Assembly (NCBI GenBank): GCA_963706285.1
Contig: CAVPLU010000009.1
Coordinates: 64,001-128,000 of the forward strand
Reading direction: 5' to 3'
Length of the DNA stretch: 64,000 bases
Source: Candidatus Bathyarchaeota archaeon
Lineage (GTDB): Archaea > Thermoproteota > Bathyarchaeia > 40CM-2-53-6
The translations under genes and the position numbers were made by a program. This document shows, piece by piece, positions 53,143 through 64,000 of this stretch; position 1 is the stretch's first letter, and each line of letters opens with the position of its first letter. Under the pieces are notes generated by a model. That model saw nothing but the letters and a program-made list of their open reading frames with translations. It ran no database searches and was not told the DNA's origin.

Positions 53143-53624
53143 CCGCCGCGCCCTCCACTTCAGAAGATCACATCGCGAGTGCCATCAAGGAACACCTAGG
53201 TACTGCAGTAGAAAATGTGGCAGTCATCCGCAAGAGCCGTATATCAGTCGTAGCCCGCGCGGAAGCAGTCAGAGAAGTTGCGACATGGCTGCAAACCTTC
53301 GGATTCGACCATACGCTCGCAGTTTCTGGAGTTGATTACCCACCGGAGAATCGCATCGACGTTGTGTATTTCGTCTCATCTTACTCGCATGACGATCTCA
53401 AGGGTATAGTAGTATTGCTTACAGTCCACCTCGGGCGAGAGAATCCTGTACTTCCATCGTTGACCCCAATCTGGGAGAGTGCTAACTTTTTCGAGCGCGA
53501 GACCTACGAAATGTTCGGAGTAAATTTTGAAGGCCACCCAAATCTGAAGAAGCTGTTGCTTCAGGATAACTGGGATGGGCCGCCTCCATTGAGAAAAGAT
53601 CTGAAAATCCCGGAGATGGCATAG
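53139..53624 (+). CDS. nuoC: Complex I-like subunit C
   Basis: SGVDY, FERETYEMFGVNFEGHP, PLRKD. Confidence 0.93.
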   Translation: MTAAPSTSEDHIASAIKEHLGTAVENVAVIRKSRISVVARAEAVREVATWLQTFGFDHTLAVSGVDYPPENRIDVVYFVSSYSHDDLKGIVVLLTVHLGRENPVLPSLTPIWESANFFERETYEMFGVNFEGHPNLKKLLLQDNWDGPPPLRKDLKIPEMA

Positions 53625-53625
53625 G

Positions 53626-54708
53626 TTGTCAACACTCGATCTGAATGTTGGGCCCCAGCATCCAGGGTCTGGCCACATGCGAATCATGGTCAAAACAGAT
53701 GGCGACTTCATAGTTGAAGCAATCCCCGATATCGGCTACGTTCACCGGGGATGCGAAAAGATAGCAGAGTCAAGGAATATCATAAAGAATATCCCTATGC
53801 TTGAGCGCCCCAACATTGCAGACTCATCAAACCTAAACTGGTCCTATATCCAACCAATCGAAGAACTCCAGAGGACCGAAGTCCCAGAACGTGCTAACTA
53901 CATTCGCACAATACTCTGCGAGATCAACAGAATAGCAAGTCACCTTTATGGAATGGCCATAATGGCAGGGATATTTTCTGGGCATACTACGATGTACATG
54001 TTTGGTTTTGGAGACCGGGAACTACTCTTGGACCTAGCTGAGATGCTCACAGGAGCTAGAATGACATACTCCTTCTTCGTGCCCGGAGGCGTTCGAAGAG
54101 ACCTTCCAAGGGGCTTCAAGGAGCGGCTTCTAGAGACTCTCGACTATGTGGAACGTCGGCTCCCCGTGATTGACCGGATATTCGTGAGCAACCCTCTCTT
54201 CATCGAACGTGCTAAGGGCATAGGAGTCCTCAACAGGGAAGACGCGATCAGACTTGGTGTCGTCGGCCCGGTCGTGAGGGGATCCGGTGTTCGGTGCGAC
54301 GCGAGAAAAGACGCGCCCTATGGAGCCTACGACAAGGTAGATTTCGACATACCCAACTTCAAGGAGGGGGACAGCCTCTCGCGTTGGTTGGTCAGATTCG
54401 AGGAGATAAGACAAAGCATCTCGATCTTGCGGCAAGCGATTCGAGATATTCCGAAGGGAGCGATCTCTAAGAAGAGCCCCATGGTGGTTCCTCGTGGAGA
54501 AGCCATCGGCAGGGTCGAATCTTCCCGCGGAGAGACAAACCACTACATCGTCGGAGATGGAGGCGATCGACCATACCGAGTCAAGATGAACACAGGTTCA
54601 TTCAAGAACCTGCCGGCGCTTCCGTTCCTATTGAAAGGCGTTCGCATCGGTGACATGCCGATAGTCTACGGCAGCTTGGACTACTGGCCCGTGGAAGCAG
54701 ACCGGTAG
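53626..54708 (+). CDS. nuoD: Complex I-like subunit D
   Basis: NVGPQHPG, GYVHRGCEK, EINRIASHL, GGVRRD, ends EADR; no NiFe CxxC motifs. Confidence 0.93.
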   Translation: MSTLDLNVGPQHPGSGHMRIMVKTDGDFIVEAIPDIGYVHRGCEKIAESRNIIKNIPMLERPNIADSSNLNWSYIQPIEELQRTEVPERANYIRTILCEINRIASHLYGMAIMAGIFSGHTTMYMFGFGDRELLLDLAEMLTGARMTYSFFVPGGVRRDLPRGFKERLLETLDYVERRLPVIDRIFVSNPLFIERAKGIGVLNREDAIRLGVVGPVVRGSGVRCDARKDAPYGAYDKVDFDIPNFKEGDSLSRWLVRFEEIRQSISILRQAIRDIPKGAISKKSPMVVPRGEAIGRVESSRGETNHYIVGDGGDRPYRVKMNTGSFKNLPALPFLLKGVRIGDMPIVYGSLDYWPVEADR

Positions 54709-54711
54709 GAG

Positions 54712-55185
54712 ATGAGAGCAATGTCAGCAGCTGAAGCATTCCTGGAGGCTGTGAAGCATATGTTCAAGAAGACTTTCACACTGAAGCATCCTTACCAAAG
54801 ACATGAATTCCCCGACGGGTATCGCGGGAGGCACCTGCTCTACATGGACCGATGTACTGGATGCGGAATATGCTCATGGATTTGCCCGGAGAAATGCATC
54901 ACGATGGTTTCCACAACTGACCAGAAAACGTATACGCAGAACCCGTACAAGCGATTCCCTCAGTTCTGGTACATCCGTTGTTGCTTCTGCCATTTCTGCA
55001 CCGACTATTGCCCCACTGGAGCTCTTGACTACACGAGCGACTATGATCTTGCCGAATACGAGAAGGAACTAATCATCTGGAGCCCTGAAAGGCTATCCAG
55101 AGTTCCCGAAGCATACGAAGGATACCGCACGAAGTTACACGGCTCAGCTGGCGTTGACCATGTGCTCTCCGCGGAAGAGTCGTGA
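54712..55185 (+). CDS. nuoI: Complex I-like subunit I (2x[4Fe-4S])
   Basis: YRGRH, CTGCGICSWICP, CCFCHFCTDYCP. Confidence 0.93.
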   Translation: MRAMSAAEAFLEAVKHMFKKTFTLKHPYQRHEFPDGYRGRHLLYMDRCTGCGICSWICPEKCITMVSTTDQKTYTQNPYKRFPQFWYIRCCFCHFCTDYCPTGALDYTSDYDLAEYEKELIIWSPERLSRVPEAYEGYRTKLHGSAGVDHVLSAEES

Positions 55186-55448
55186 GACATGGAATGAGCC
55201 AGATACAAGACACCATCATTCGAAATATAGACCGGCGTAGGAAATCTCGTAGACGAACTCGCGGGCCCTATCGAAAGTCATCCAGGGCCGGGCTGCCCGT
55301 CTCCAGTTCATAACGTGTCCGTGCTGGAGCCAAACGAAATGAGAAAGCATGACCGGATCTATGAAGGGTTGGCGAAAAGCCAAAGTATGACGTATGTTAT
55401 GTTCGCCAAGAAACCCCCAGATAAGTCAACTGATCAGGGGAGAAAATA

Positions 55449-56678
55449 ATGGGGCTGAATGTGACCAAGCTACGTGCAGATTTTCCCATTCTGAAGAGAA
55501 AGATAGGTGGGAAACCCCTCGTCTATTTGGACAGTGCTGCGACCTCACAGAAGCCGAAAGCAGTAATCAACGCAATAAGCCGATATTATCGCGTATACAA
55601 CGCAAATGTTCACAGAGGCATCTACCGACTCAGCGAAGAAGCAACCATTGCGTTCGAGCAATCGAGGGAGAAGTACACTCGCTTCATCGGTGCAAAGACT
55701 CCGAAGGAGATTATCTTTGTTCGAAATACAACAGAAGCCATAAACTTGGTAGCGTTCAGCTGGGCAAGAGCGAATCTCAAGACCGGAGATCATATTCTTC
55801 TCACCGAGACTGAGCACCACAGCAACATAGTTCCATGGCAGATACTGGCAAGAGAAAAAGGACTCAGGCTCGACTATGTCAAGATGCAGGACGACGGAAT
55901 ACTTGACTGGAAGAGCTTCCAAGAACTGATCAGACAAAGTCCAAGGATCCTGAGTCTTGCTCACGTCTCAAACGCATTAGGAACAATCAATCCGATCAAA
56001 CAGATGGCCCGAGAAGCGCACAAAGCAGGCGCGATCGTCATCATCGACGGAGCGCAGTCCGTTCCACATATGCCTGTAGACGTTACTGATCTTGATTGCG
56101 ATTTCATGGCGGCATCAGGCCACAAGATGTTGGCGCCCACCGGAATAGGGATGCTCTATGGAAGACAAGATCTTCTGGAACACATGGAGCCGCTGATGGG
56201 TGGCGGAGAAATGATCAAGGAAGTCCATCTCCAAACCTCTCGATGGAACGACCTCCCTTGGAAGTTCGAGGCGGGAACTCCGAATGTTGAAGGAGTTATC
56301 GGACTTGGGGCAGCAGTTGACTACCTTTCGAAGTTGGGAATGGAGAACGTTAGACAACATGAGAAGGATATCACAAGATATGCGCTTGACAGGCTTGGAC
56401 GCGTCAAAGGCTTAGTTCTGTATGGCTCTGGGGATGTGGAGAAGCGCGGGGCTGCAATCTCGTTCAACTTGGATGGCATACATGCCCATGACCTAGCCAC
56501 GGTGCTGGACACTCAGGGGATAGCGATAAGGTCCGGACACCATTGTGCTCAGCCACTAATGGAACGATTGGGCGTGTCAGCGACGTCTCGCGCTAGTTTC
56601 TACATCTACAACACGCAACGGGAAGTTGACTTTCTCATCAGGGCACTTGAAAGAGCGGGGAAGATGTTCAAGATATGA
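55449..56678 (+). CDS. sufS: Cysteine desulfurase SufS
   Basis: YLDSAATSQKP, EHHSN, SGHKM, RSGHHCAQP. Confidence 0.96.
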   Translation: MGLNVTKLRADFPILKRKIGGKPLVYLDSAATSQKPKAVINAISRYYRVYNANVHRGIYRLSEEATIAFEQSREKYTRFIGAKTPKEIIFVRNTTEAINLVAFSWARANLKTGDHILLTETEHHSNIVPWQILAREKGLRLDYVKMQDDGILDWKSFQELIRQSPRILSLAHVSNALGTINPIKQMAREAHKAGAIVIIDGAQSVPHMPVDVTDLDCDFMAASGHKMLAPTGIGMLYGRQDLLEHMEPLMGGGEMIKEVHLQTSRWNDLPWKFEAGTPNVEGVIGLGAAVDYLSKLGMENVRQHEKDITRYALDRLGRVKGLVLYGSGDVEKRGAAISFNLDGIHAHDLATVLDTQGIAIRSGHHCAQPLMERLGVSATSRASFYIYNTQREVDFLIRALERAGKMFKI

Positions 56679-57076
56679 CGCCAGATATCTACAGAGAAAC
56701 GATCTTGGACCATTACAGGCATCCTAGAAACTACGGAGACCTGCCAAATGCAAACGCCCATGCGAGAGACTCGAACGTTTTGTGCGGCGACGTAGTCGAG
56801 ATGCAGTTGAGAATTAACGCAAACAAGATTGAAGAGGCGCGTTTCAGAGGGGAAGGATGCGCAATAAGCATAGCAACGGCTTCGATGCTCACGGAATTCT
56901 CCAAAGGCAAGTCAATCTCAGAGATCAAGGGCCTCGGAAACAAGGAACTCGTTAAGCTCCTCGGGACTGACCCTGGACCGGCGAGGATTGAATGTGCGAT
57001 ACTGGGCTTGGAAGTCATGAAAGCGGCGATTGACAAGCGGCAAAATGTCAAGACTTCCGAGGAAATCGACCGCTAG
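56675..57076 (+). CDS. sufU: SufU/IscU-type scaffold protein
   Basis: DHYRHPRNYG, LCGD, GCAIS, RIECA. Confidence 0.9.
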   Translation: MTPDIYRETILDHYRHPRNYGDLPNANAHARDSNVLCGDVVEMQLRINANKIEEARFRGEGCAISIATASMLTEFSKGKSISEIKGLGNKELVKLLGTDPGPARIECAILGLEVMKAAIDKRQNVKTSEEIDR

Positions 57077-57327
57077 TCATTCTAATCACGGTTAAGCAGC
57101 AGGGAAATGTTGAATTAGAAGTAATCTATTTTAGCGCAATATCCTGAAGGTAGGTGCCCGGCCGCTCCCCTTGGTACGTCCGTATTCGAGTAATGTAGGG
57201 TTAGAACGAAAGGTTTTCCTTACGTTTACCCTTATTAGGGCGTCCTCCTGTGCTGAGGAGGAGTTGCGTTAGGGGTCCGAATCTTCAGGGCCTATTGAGC
57301 ATTTGGATATCGGAGAGAGACGATCAT

Positions 57328-57618
57328 TTGAAGGATGAGGAGAATAGAAAAGCTATTGACGTTTTCGAAAATCAGCTTGTTCCTAAGCATGAGATTGTGC
57401 CCAGGCGTGAGGCTGAGGAGCTGCTCGAACGTCTGCACATCAAGGCGCATCAACTGCCTTACCTAAGAGCTGATGATCCAGCCGCGCGACAGATAGGTGC
57501 CAAGCCGTGGGATGTAGTGAAGGTCACGCGTAAGAGTCCCACAGCCGGAGCGGTTGTAGTGTACAGGTACGTTATTGAGAGTTCAGCTGGAGGGGGAAAA
57601 CCTGATCAGTCAAGTTGA
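57328..57618 (+). CDS. rpoH: RNA polymerase subunit H (Rpo5)
   Basis: LVPKHEI, QLP, DPAA, RKSPTAG..VYRYV. Confidence 0.95.
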   Translation: MKDEENRKAIDVFENQLVPKHEIVPRREAEELLERLHIKAHQLPYLRADDPAARQIGAKPWDVVKVTRKSPTAGAVVVYRYVIESSAGGGKPDQSS

Positions 57619-60600
57619 ACCGCAGATGTGGGGACTGATCAAGGAATTCTTCCGCGAGAAGGGCCTTGTCAGGCAGCACATCGATTCATACAACGAATTC
57701 ATTGAAACGGGATTACAGGCGATCATAGACGAGGTTGGATCAATCCCGATAGAGATCGAAGAGTATCCGTTGAAGATCAAGCTCGGGAAGATTGAGATCG
57801 GCACACCGAGGGTAACAGAGGTTGATGGATCTGAGAGGCCCATTTATCCTACGGAAGCTCGGGTACGCAATCTCACCTATGCCGCGCCATTGCACCTTGA
57901 AATGACGCCTGTTATCGGGGAACGTGAAGGTCAGACGGAGATCGTCTACATTGGGGACTTTCCCGTCATGCTTCGTTCGAAGATATGCCCTCTCTCGAGG
58001 CTGACTCCCGATGAGATGACCAGTATCGGCGAGGATCCCATTGATCCTGGCGGATACTTCGTCGTCAATGGTGCTGAACGTGTGGTGGTTGCGCTCGAGG
58101 ATCTGGCAGCGAACAAGATTCTCGTTGACACAGAAAAGACGGGAGTCAACCCCGTCTACAAGGCCAAGATTTTCTCTACGACATTGGGTTTCCGGGCAAG
58201 AACTGAAGTCACCATGAAGTCCGACGGTGCGATCTTTGTTATGGTTCCGGGGGTGCCTGCGGAGATTCCCTTGGTCGTGCTCATGAAAGCGCTTGGTATT
58301 CAGGAAGACTTGAAGATCGCCGAGCTGATCTCTGATGATGAGATCATCCAGAACCAATTGGAAGGTTCATTCGAGAAAGCGCAGGGCATCCTTTCGGTGA
58401 AGGATGCGCTCCTATATGTTGGTAATCGTCTCGCGCCAGGACAGGTTGAGGACTACCGTGCCAAGAAGGCTGAAACGGTTGTCGATCGTAACTTTCTTCC
58501 ACATATTGGGCGAACGCCAGCTGAAAGGAAAGAGAAAGCGTATTTCCTCGCCGAGATCACGACAAGGATTATTGAGCTGAAGCTTGGCAGGCGGGGCCCA
58601 GACGACAAGGATCACTATGCGAACAAGCGACTCAAGCTTGCAGGAGCCTTGATGGGTGACCTCTTCAGAATCACATTTCGAAATCTCGTCCGTGATTTGA
58701 AGTATCAACTTGAGCGCATCACGATCAGAAGACACCAAGAACTTTCGATTACGAACGCAATTAGGCCTGGCATAATCAGTGAACGAATACAGCACGCGGT
58801 TTCGACAGGTAACTGGGTCCGAGGAAGGGTTGGGGTAACACAACTTCTCGATCGAACGAACTTTTCCTCGACATTAAGCCACCTGAGGCGGCTTCAATCT
58901 CCCTTGAGCAGAAGCCAACCCAACTTGGAGGCGCGCGATCTGCATGCGACGCATTGGGGCAGACTATGCCCGAATGAAACCCCTGAAGGGTCGAATTGTG
59001 GTCTCGTGAAGAACTTGGCATTGTCTTCCATCCTGTCAACAGGGGTCGACTCAAGAGAGTTCGTGCTCAAGCTACGAAGGATAGGGGTCGTGCCAATTGG
59101 GGAGGCAGAGAGCAAGTCAGCAACTCCGAGTGTCATCGTCATAGTTGACGGCCTAATTGCAGGCGTCACGCGTGCACCTAACGAGCTTGTGCAGGAACTT
59201 GTACGTATGCGTCGCGCCGGCGAAATCAGCTCCGAAGTGAACGCCGCGTATTTCCCTCCAGAAAGAGAGACCGTGCGGGGATGCGTCTACGTGAATTGTG
59301 ACGGCGGCAGAGTGCGGAGACCGCTAATCATAGTGGATGATGGCATTCCGAAACTGACGCGCGAACACGTGGAAGCCATTCAGAGAGGCGAAATGCGTTG
59401 GGAGGAACTCGTTGAGAAAGGGGTCATTGAGTATCTAGACTCTGACGAGGAGGAGAGTGCTCTCGTGGCGCTCGATCTTTCCAAGGTCTCGAAGGATAGC
59501 ACGCATCTGGAGCTTGCTTCTTACACAATGCTAGGCATCTGTGCTTCAGTAATCCCGTATTCTGAGCACAACCAGTCTCCAAGGAACGCCTATGAGTCAG
59601 CCATGGCGAAACAAGCGCTTGGAGTTTCCTGCACCAACTTCTTCAACCGAGTCGATTCTCGATCACATCTATTGCACTACCCGCAGTTGCCTCTCGTTAG
59701 GACGAAACCAATGGAGGTCATTAACTACGATGACAGACCTGCAGGCCAGAACTGTGTTTTGGCCGTACTTTCGTTCCAAGGCTACAACATGGAAGACGCC
59801 GTAGTCTTCAACCGATCATCTGTGGACCGTGGGTTTGGCCGTTCTACATTCTTCCGAATCTACGAAGGTGAATGTAGACAGTACCTCGGAGGGCTCCGCG
59901 ACAAGTTCGAAATCCCCGAAGCAGGGACAAGAGGATACAGGGGCGACAGATACTATCGCTTTCTTGAGGAAGATGGAATTATCTCGGCTGAGGCGGACGT
60001 GAGCGGAAACACAGTTCTTGTTGGCAGAACAAGTCCTCCTCGGTTCTTAGAAGAGTACCGTGAATTCGAAGTTAAAGGACCCACAAAGCGTGACTCATCT
60101 GTGGGAATGCGTCCTTCAGAGGTCGGAGTAGTCGACACTATTTTCGTTACTGAATCAATCGAAGGCAGTAAGCTCGTGAAGGTGAAAGTCAGAGACACAC
60201 GTGTTCCCGAACTTGGGGACAAGTTTGCCTCAAGGCACGGGCAGAAAGGCGTCATCGGCCTCCTTGTTCCACAGCAAGATATGCCCTTCACTCAGGATGG
60301 TGTCGTCCCAGATGTCATCATCAACCCTCATGCATTTCCGTCCCGTATGACGATCGGACAATTCGTGGAATCATTAGCTGGCAAAGTCGCTTCGTTGAGG
60401 GGGGAGCCAGTTGACGGGACTCCTTTCAGCAACGAACGCCCAGAGCAACTTCGCGATACCTTGCTGAAGCTTGGATTCACTCAAAGCGGAAGCGAAGTTT
60501 TCTACAACGGTATTGACGGAAAGAAGTTTGTAGCCGATGTGTATGTTGGAGTCATATACTATCAGAAACTTCACCACATGGTTGCAGACAAGATGCACGC

Positions 60601-60952
60601 ACGGGCACGCGGCCAAGTACAGATGCTGACACGACAGCCAACCGAAGGAAGGGCCCGAGGAGGGGGCCTAAGATTCGGGGAGATGGAACGCGACTGTCTA
60701 ATCGGACACGGAGCGTCTGCGCTGCTCAGAGACAGACTCCTCGAAGAATCTGACAAGTACACCGTCATGGTCTGTGAAGTATGCGGCTTGCTCGCTTACC
60801 ATGATATCAAACAGAACAAGTACGTGTGCCGTATCTGCGGCGAGCGGGCGGTAATCTCCCCAGTCGCACTTTCTTACGCCTTCAAACTACTCCTTCAAGA
60901 ATTGATGGCGCTCGGTGTGGCTCCCAGACTTAACATTTCGGAGCGTGCATAA
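57575..60952 (+). CDS. rpoB: RNA polymerase subunit B (unsplit)
   Basis: [44 protein letters not shown]; start may be ATG 57626. Confidence 0.98.
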   Translation: MRVQLEGENLISQVEPQMWGLIKEFFREKGLVRQHIDSYNEFIETGLQAIIDEVGSIPIEIEEYPLKIKLGKIEIGTPRVTEVDGSERPIYPTEARVRNLTYAAPLHLEMTPVIGEREGQTEIVYIGDFPVMLRSKICPLSRLTPDEMTSIGEDPIDPGGYFVVNGAERVVVALEDLAANKILVDTEKTGVNPVYKAKIFSTTLGFRARTEVTMKSDGAIFVMVPGVPAEIPLVVLMKALGIQEDLKIAELISDDEIIQNQLEGSFEKAQGILSVKDALLYVGNRLAPGQVEDYRAKKAETVVDRNFLPHIGRTPAERKEKAYFLAEITTRIIELKLGRRGPDDKDHYANKRLKLAGALMGDLFRITFRNLVRDLKYQLERITIRRHQELSITNAIRPGIISERIQHAVSTGNWVRGRVGVTQLLDRTNFSSTLSHLRRLQSPLSRSQPNLEARDLHATHWGRLCPNETPEGSNCGLVKNLALSSILSTGVDSREFVLKLRRIGVVPIGEAESKSATPSVIVIVDGLIAGVTRAPNELVQELVRMRRAGEISSEVNAAYFPPERETVRGCVYVNCDGGRVRRPLIIVDDGIPKLTREHVEAIQRGEMRWEELVEKGVIEYLDSDEEESALVALDLSKVSKDSTHLELASYTMLGICASVIPYSEHNQSPRNAYESAMAKQALGVSCTNFFNRVDSRSHLLHYPQLPLVRTKPMEVINYDDRPAGQNCVLAVLSFQGYNMEDAVVFNRSSVDRGFGRSTFFRIYEGECRQYLGGLRDKFEIPEAGTRGYRGDRYYRFLEEDGIISAEADVSGNTVLVGRTSPPRFLEEYREFEVKGPTKRDSSVGMRPSEVGVVDTIFVTESIEGSKLVKVKVRDTRVPELGDKFASRHGQKGVIGLLVPQQDMPFTQDGVVPDVIINPHAFPSRMTIGQFVESLAGKVASLRGEPVDGTPFSNERPEQLRDTLLKLGFTQSGSEVFYNGIDGKKFVADVYVGVIYYQKLHHMVADKMHARARGQVQMLTRQPTEGRARGGGLRFGEMERDCLIGHGASALLRDRLLEESDKYTVMVCEVCGLLAYHDIKQNKYVCRICGERAVISPVALSYAFKLLLQELMALGVAPRLNISERA

Positions 60953-60953
60953 G

Positions 60954-63900
60954 ATGGCGATGTTGGAAGAAGCAACTAAGATCATCGGCAGCATCAGGTT
61001 CTCACTTCTTTCCCCGAATGAAATACGTCGCCTGTCAGCAGTTGAAGTTCAGACAGCGGACACATATGATGAAGACGGCGTCCCCATAGTATCAGGTCTA
61101 ATGGACGGAAGATTGGGAACACTCGAACCTAGGCAGAAGTGCAAGACCTGTGGAAACACGGCTGTAAGTTGCCCAGGTCACTCCGGGCACATAGAACTTG
61201 CGGAGCCTGTGGTTCATGTGGCCTTCGCCAAACTCATACACAAACTCCTGTCCATCACTTGTCGCAACTGCGGCAGGATACTCATGTCGAATGAGAGGAT
61301 TGAGAACTACCAAGCAAGGATAGCGGAAGAAAAGAAACGCCTCAACGAGGTGCCCACGACTTTCTTCGACGCCATTATGAAGGACGCGAAGAAAGTTCAA
61401 GAGTGTCCACACTGCGGAACGCGACAACACACAATCGAACATCAGAAACCCACAACGTTCATAGACGAGACCGGAGCGCGGCTCACGCCCAGCGCAATCA
61501 GAGAGATGCTTGAACGCATTCCTGATGATGATCTTCGCATTGTGGGTATGGATCCAACCGCTGCAAGACCTGAATGGATGATCATGCAGGTCCTACCCGT
61601 GCCGCCAGTTACGGTGCGACCATCTATTACGCTCGAGTCAGGCATTCGATCAGAAGACGATCTGACTCACAAACTCGTTGACATAATTCGAATCAACCAG
61701 AAGCTGCATGAGGCACTCGAATCCGGCGTTCCGGTCAACATCATTCAAGAACTACATGACCTGCTTCAGTATCATGTTACTACGTACTTTGATAATGAAG
61801 TTTCCGGCCTGCCACCTGCTCGTCACCGATCAGGAAGAGCGTTGAGAACGATCAGTCAACGACTAAAGGGCAAGGAAGGCAGATTCCGAGGCAACCTGTC
61901 TGGAAAGCGAGTTGACTTCTCAGCTAGGACTGTAATTTCTCCTGACCCTAACCTAGACATCAGCGAGGTTGGCGTTCCAGTTGACATAGCCGCACGACTG
62001 ACTATTCCAGAACGTGTTACACAATGGAACATCGAAGAGATGAAACGGCTCATCAGAAACGGCCCTGACCAGTACCCAGGCGCTCTCTATATCGTGCGCC
62101 CGGACCAAAGGCGAGTCAGATTAGAGTTCGTTACCGAACGAGATAGTCTCGCAGACGCAATCGAACCAAGTTTCGTCGTCGAACGCCACATCAGAGACGG
62201 AGATATTGTGCTCTTCAACAGACAACCCTCACTTCACAGAATGTCAATCATGGCCCACACAGTTAGAGTACTTCCATACAAGACCTTCAGACTGAACCCA
62301 TGCGTCTGCCCACCATACAACGCGGACTTTGACGGCGATGAGATGAACCTGCATGTACCGCAGAGTGAGGAAGCGAGAACCGAAGCAAGGCTTCTCATGC
62401 AAGTACAGGATCAGATACTCTCTCCTCGCTACGGAGGGCCAATCATCGGTGCTAAGACGGATCTTATCAGCGCGGCCTATCTGCTCACCCGCAAGTCAAC
62501 AGCCCTCACAAAGGATGAGGTTTGCAGACTCCTTGCAGCTGCCGGGTACGCGGGCGAAGTTCCCGAACCAGCGATCAAGCGTCCTGTCGAACTCTGGACC
62601 GGGAAACAGATCTTCAGCCTCTTCCTGCCGAAGGGTTTCAGCTTCACCACCAGATCCAGTATGGTGACAAAGGATGACAAAGAACACGTCATAATACGTA
62701 ACGGAATACTCGAAGAAGGAGTCATCGACAAGAACTCGATCGGCGCCGAACGCTCGGAGACTCTCTTCCACCGAATTGTGAAGGATCAAGGATCTGAGAC
62801 CGGGCGTCAGTTTCTCAATCACCTCGCGAAGTTGCTGGACCGTTTCGTCCTGATGAAAGGTTTCTCATACTCACTGAAGGAACTTGACGTACTTCCGAGT
62901 GTCAAGGAAAAGATTGACAAGGTCATAAGGAAAGCCGAAGAGCGTGTCTACGCACTTATCGAGAGCTACAACCAAGGAACTCTTGATCGACTGCCGGGCC
63001 AGTCCCTTGCGGAATCACTCGAGATTCGAATAATGGACGAACTCTCCAAAGCTCGTGACGTTGCTGGCGAGCTTGCCGACGCGAACTTGGACGAAAGAAA
63101 CAGCGGTGTAATCATGACTAGAACAGGAGCAAGAGGTTCGTCGCTGAATATTGCGCAGATGATAGCATCCGTGGGTCAGCAGTCAATTCGTGGTCAAAGA
63201 ATCCGCAGAGGATACAGAGACAGAGTGCTGTCATTCTTCCGACCTGGAGACGCAGGTCCTGAAGCAAGAGGTTTCGTCTACGCCTCGTATCGTGACGGTC
63301 TCAACCCGATCGAGTTCTTCTTCCATGCAATGGGTGGACGTGAAGGACTAGTGGACACTGCAGTCAGGACCCAACAAAGCGGATACATGCAAAGAAGACT
63401 GATCAATGCGCTTGAACATCTCAGAGTGGAGTACGACTCAACCGTGAGGGACTCGCGAGGAGATATCATTCAATTCAGATACGGAGAAGACGGTGTGGAC
63501 ACAGCGAAGAGCGATCACGGCAAGGCAGTAAACTCTGAACGCCTAATCGAACGTGTAAGGCTCACCGCGGACAAAGGCGCGAAGGCCACCAACAAGTACG
63601 TCGAGACCAAGGTTCGAGAAGTCACCGACCGACTTTCTCCCCTCCTAGCAGATGAGTTGAAGCGAGATCTCCTGAAGGCTAAAATGTCACGGCGCGGCGT
63701 CGACGAAGCCGTTGGCCAAGCCGTCGAAAACTACGGCAGATCGCTCATCGAACCCGGCGAAGCAGCAGGAATTGTATCAGCTCAATCCATCGGAGAGCCT
63801 GGCACGCAGATGACACTGAGAACCTTCCACTTTGCAGGAGTGAGGGAGCAGAACGTCACCCTTGGCCTTCCTAGACTGATTGAGATTGTCGACGCAAGGA

Positions 63901-64000
63901 AGATCCCGTCGACGCCGACGATGACGGTGTTCCTTGACGAGAAACACAGGACGAGCAAGGAGAAGGCCGAGGAAGTCGCCACCCTCCTCACGCATACTAC
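60954..64000 (+). CDS. rpoA: RNA polymerase largest subunit, fused A'/A'' (runs off the window)
   Basis: ATG 60954; [10 protein letters not shown]; YGEDG continues in frame, with no stop seen, into [27 protein letters not shown]. Confidence 0.96.
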   Translation, partial: MAMLEEATKIIGSIRFSLLSPNEIRRLSAVEVQTADTYDEDGVPIVSGLMDGRLGTLEPRQKCKTCGNTAVSCPGHSGHIELAEPVVHVAFAKLIHKLLSITCRNCGRILMSNERIENYQARIAEEKKRLNEVPTTFFDAIMKDAKKVQECPHCGTRQHTIEHQKPTTFIDETGARLTPSAIREMLERIPDDDLRIVGMDPTAARPEWMIMQVLPVPPVTVRPSITLESGIRSEDDLTHKLVDIIRINQKLHEALESGVPVNIIQELHDLLQYHVTTYFDNEVSGLPPARHRSGRALRTISQRLKGKEGRFRGNLSGKRVDFSARTVISPDPNLDISEVGVPVDIAARLTIPERVTQWNIEEMKRLIRNGPDQYPGALYIVRPDQRRVRLEFVTERDSLADAIEPSFVVERHIRDGDIVLFNRQPSLHRMSIMAHTVRVLPYKTFRLNPCVCPPYNADFDGDEMNLHVPQSEEARTEARLLMQVQDQILSPRYGGPIIGAKTDLISAAYLLTRKSTALTKDEVCRLLAAAGYAGEVPEPAIKRPVELWTGKQIFSLFLPKGFSFTTRSSMVTKDDKEHVIIRNGILEEGVIDKNSIGAERSETLFHRIVKDQGSETGRQFLNHLAKLLDRFVLMKGFSYSLKELDVLPSVKEKIDKVIRKAEERVYALIESYNQGTLDRLPGQSLAESLEIRIMDELSKARDVAGELADANLDERNSGVIMTRTGARGSSLNIAQMIASVGQQSIRGQRIRRGYRDRVLSFFRPGDAGPEARGFVYASYRDGLNPIEFFFHAMGGREGLVDTAVRTQQSGYMQRRLINALEHLRVEYDSTVRDSRGDIIQFRYGEDGVDTAKSDHGKAVNSERLIERVRLTADKGAKATNKYVETKVREVTDRLSPLLADELKRDLLKAKMSRRGVDEAVGQAVENYGRSLIEPGEAAGIVSAQSIGEPGTQMTLRTFHFAGVREQNVTLGLPRLIEIVDARKIPSTPTMTVFLDEKHRTSKEKAEEVATLLTHT

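Noticed and set aside
53626-54708. [NiFe]-hydrogenase large subunit
   Set aside because: Both CxxC nickel-binding motifs are absent.

Overview
Archaeal chromosome segment of the TACK/Thermoproteota type. Unsplit rpoB, an in-frame fused rpoA'/A'', Alba, TBP and the exosome/PCNA/primase cluster fit Bathyarchaeia or a relative, but the taxonomy is inferred, not proven. Single-base frameshifts in essential genes (priL, gins51, ppsA, nadE) and two garbled stretches (about 10.9-11.9 kb and 32.1-32.8 kb) point to an error-prone long-read consensus, so most broken ORFs are probably artefacts. The right half (33-64 kb) is mostly housekeeping. The left half has two accessory regions. (1) A ~9 kb block between ~120-bp imperfect direct repeats encodes a glutaminase-dead AsnB homolog, paralogous QueC-like PP-loop/Cys4 proteins, paralogous CapK/PaaK-like ligases and a circularly permuted family-5 solute-binding protein. 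(2) A ~9 kb locus (17.7-26.5 kb) is dense in mostly unannotated microproteins: Tyr-rich and YQPPTQ-repeat proteins, Arg/Lys-rich peptides, zinc-ribbon peptides, small membrane proteins, twin RHH regulators and Tyr-rich surface proteins. This is my best candidate for an undescribed system. A tRNA-Leu(TAG) gene with three 31-nt BHB introns and an orphan nuoBCDI module are also notable.
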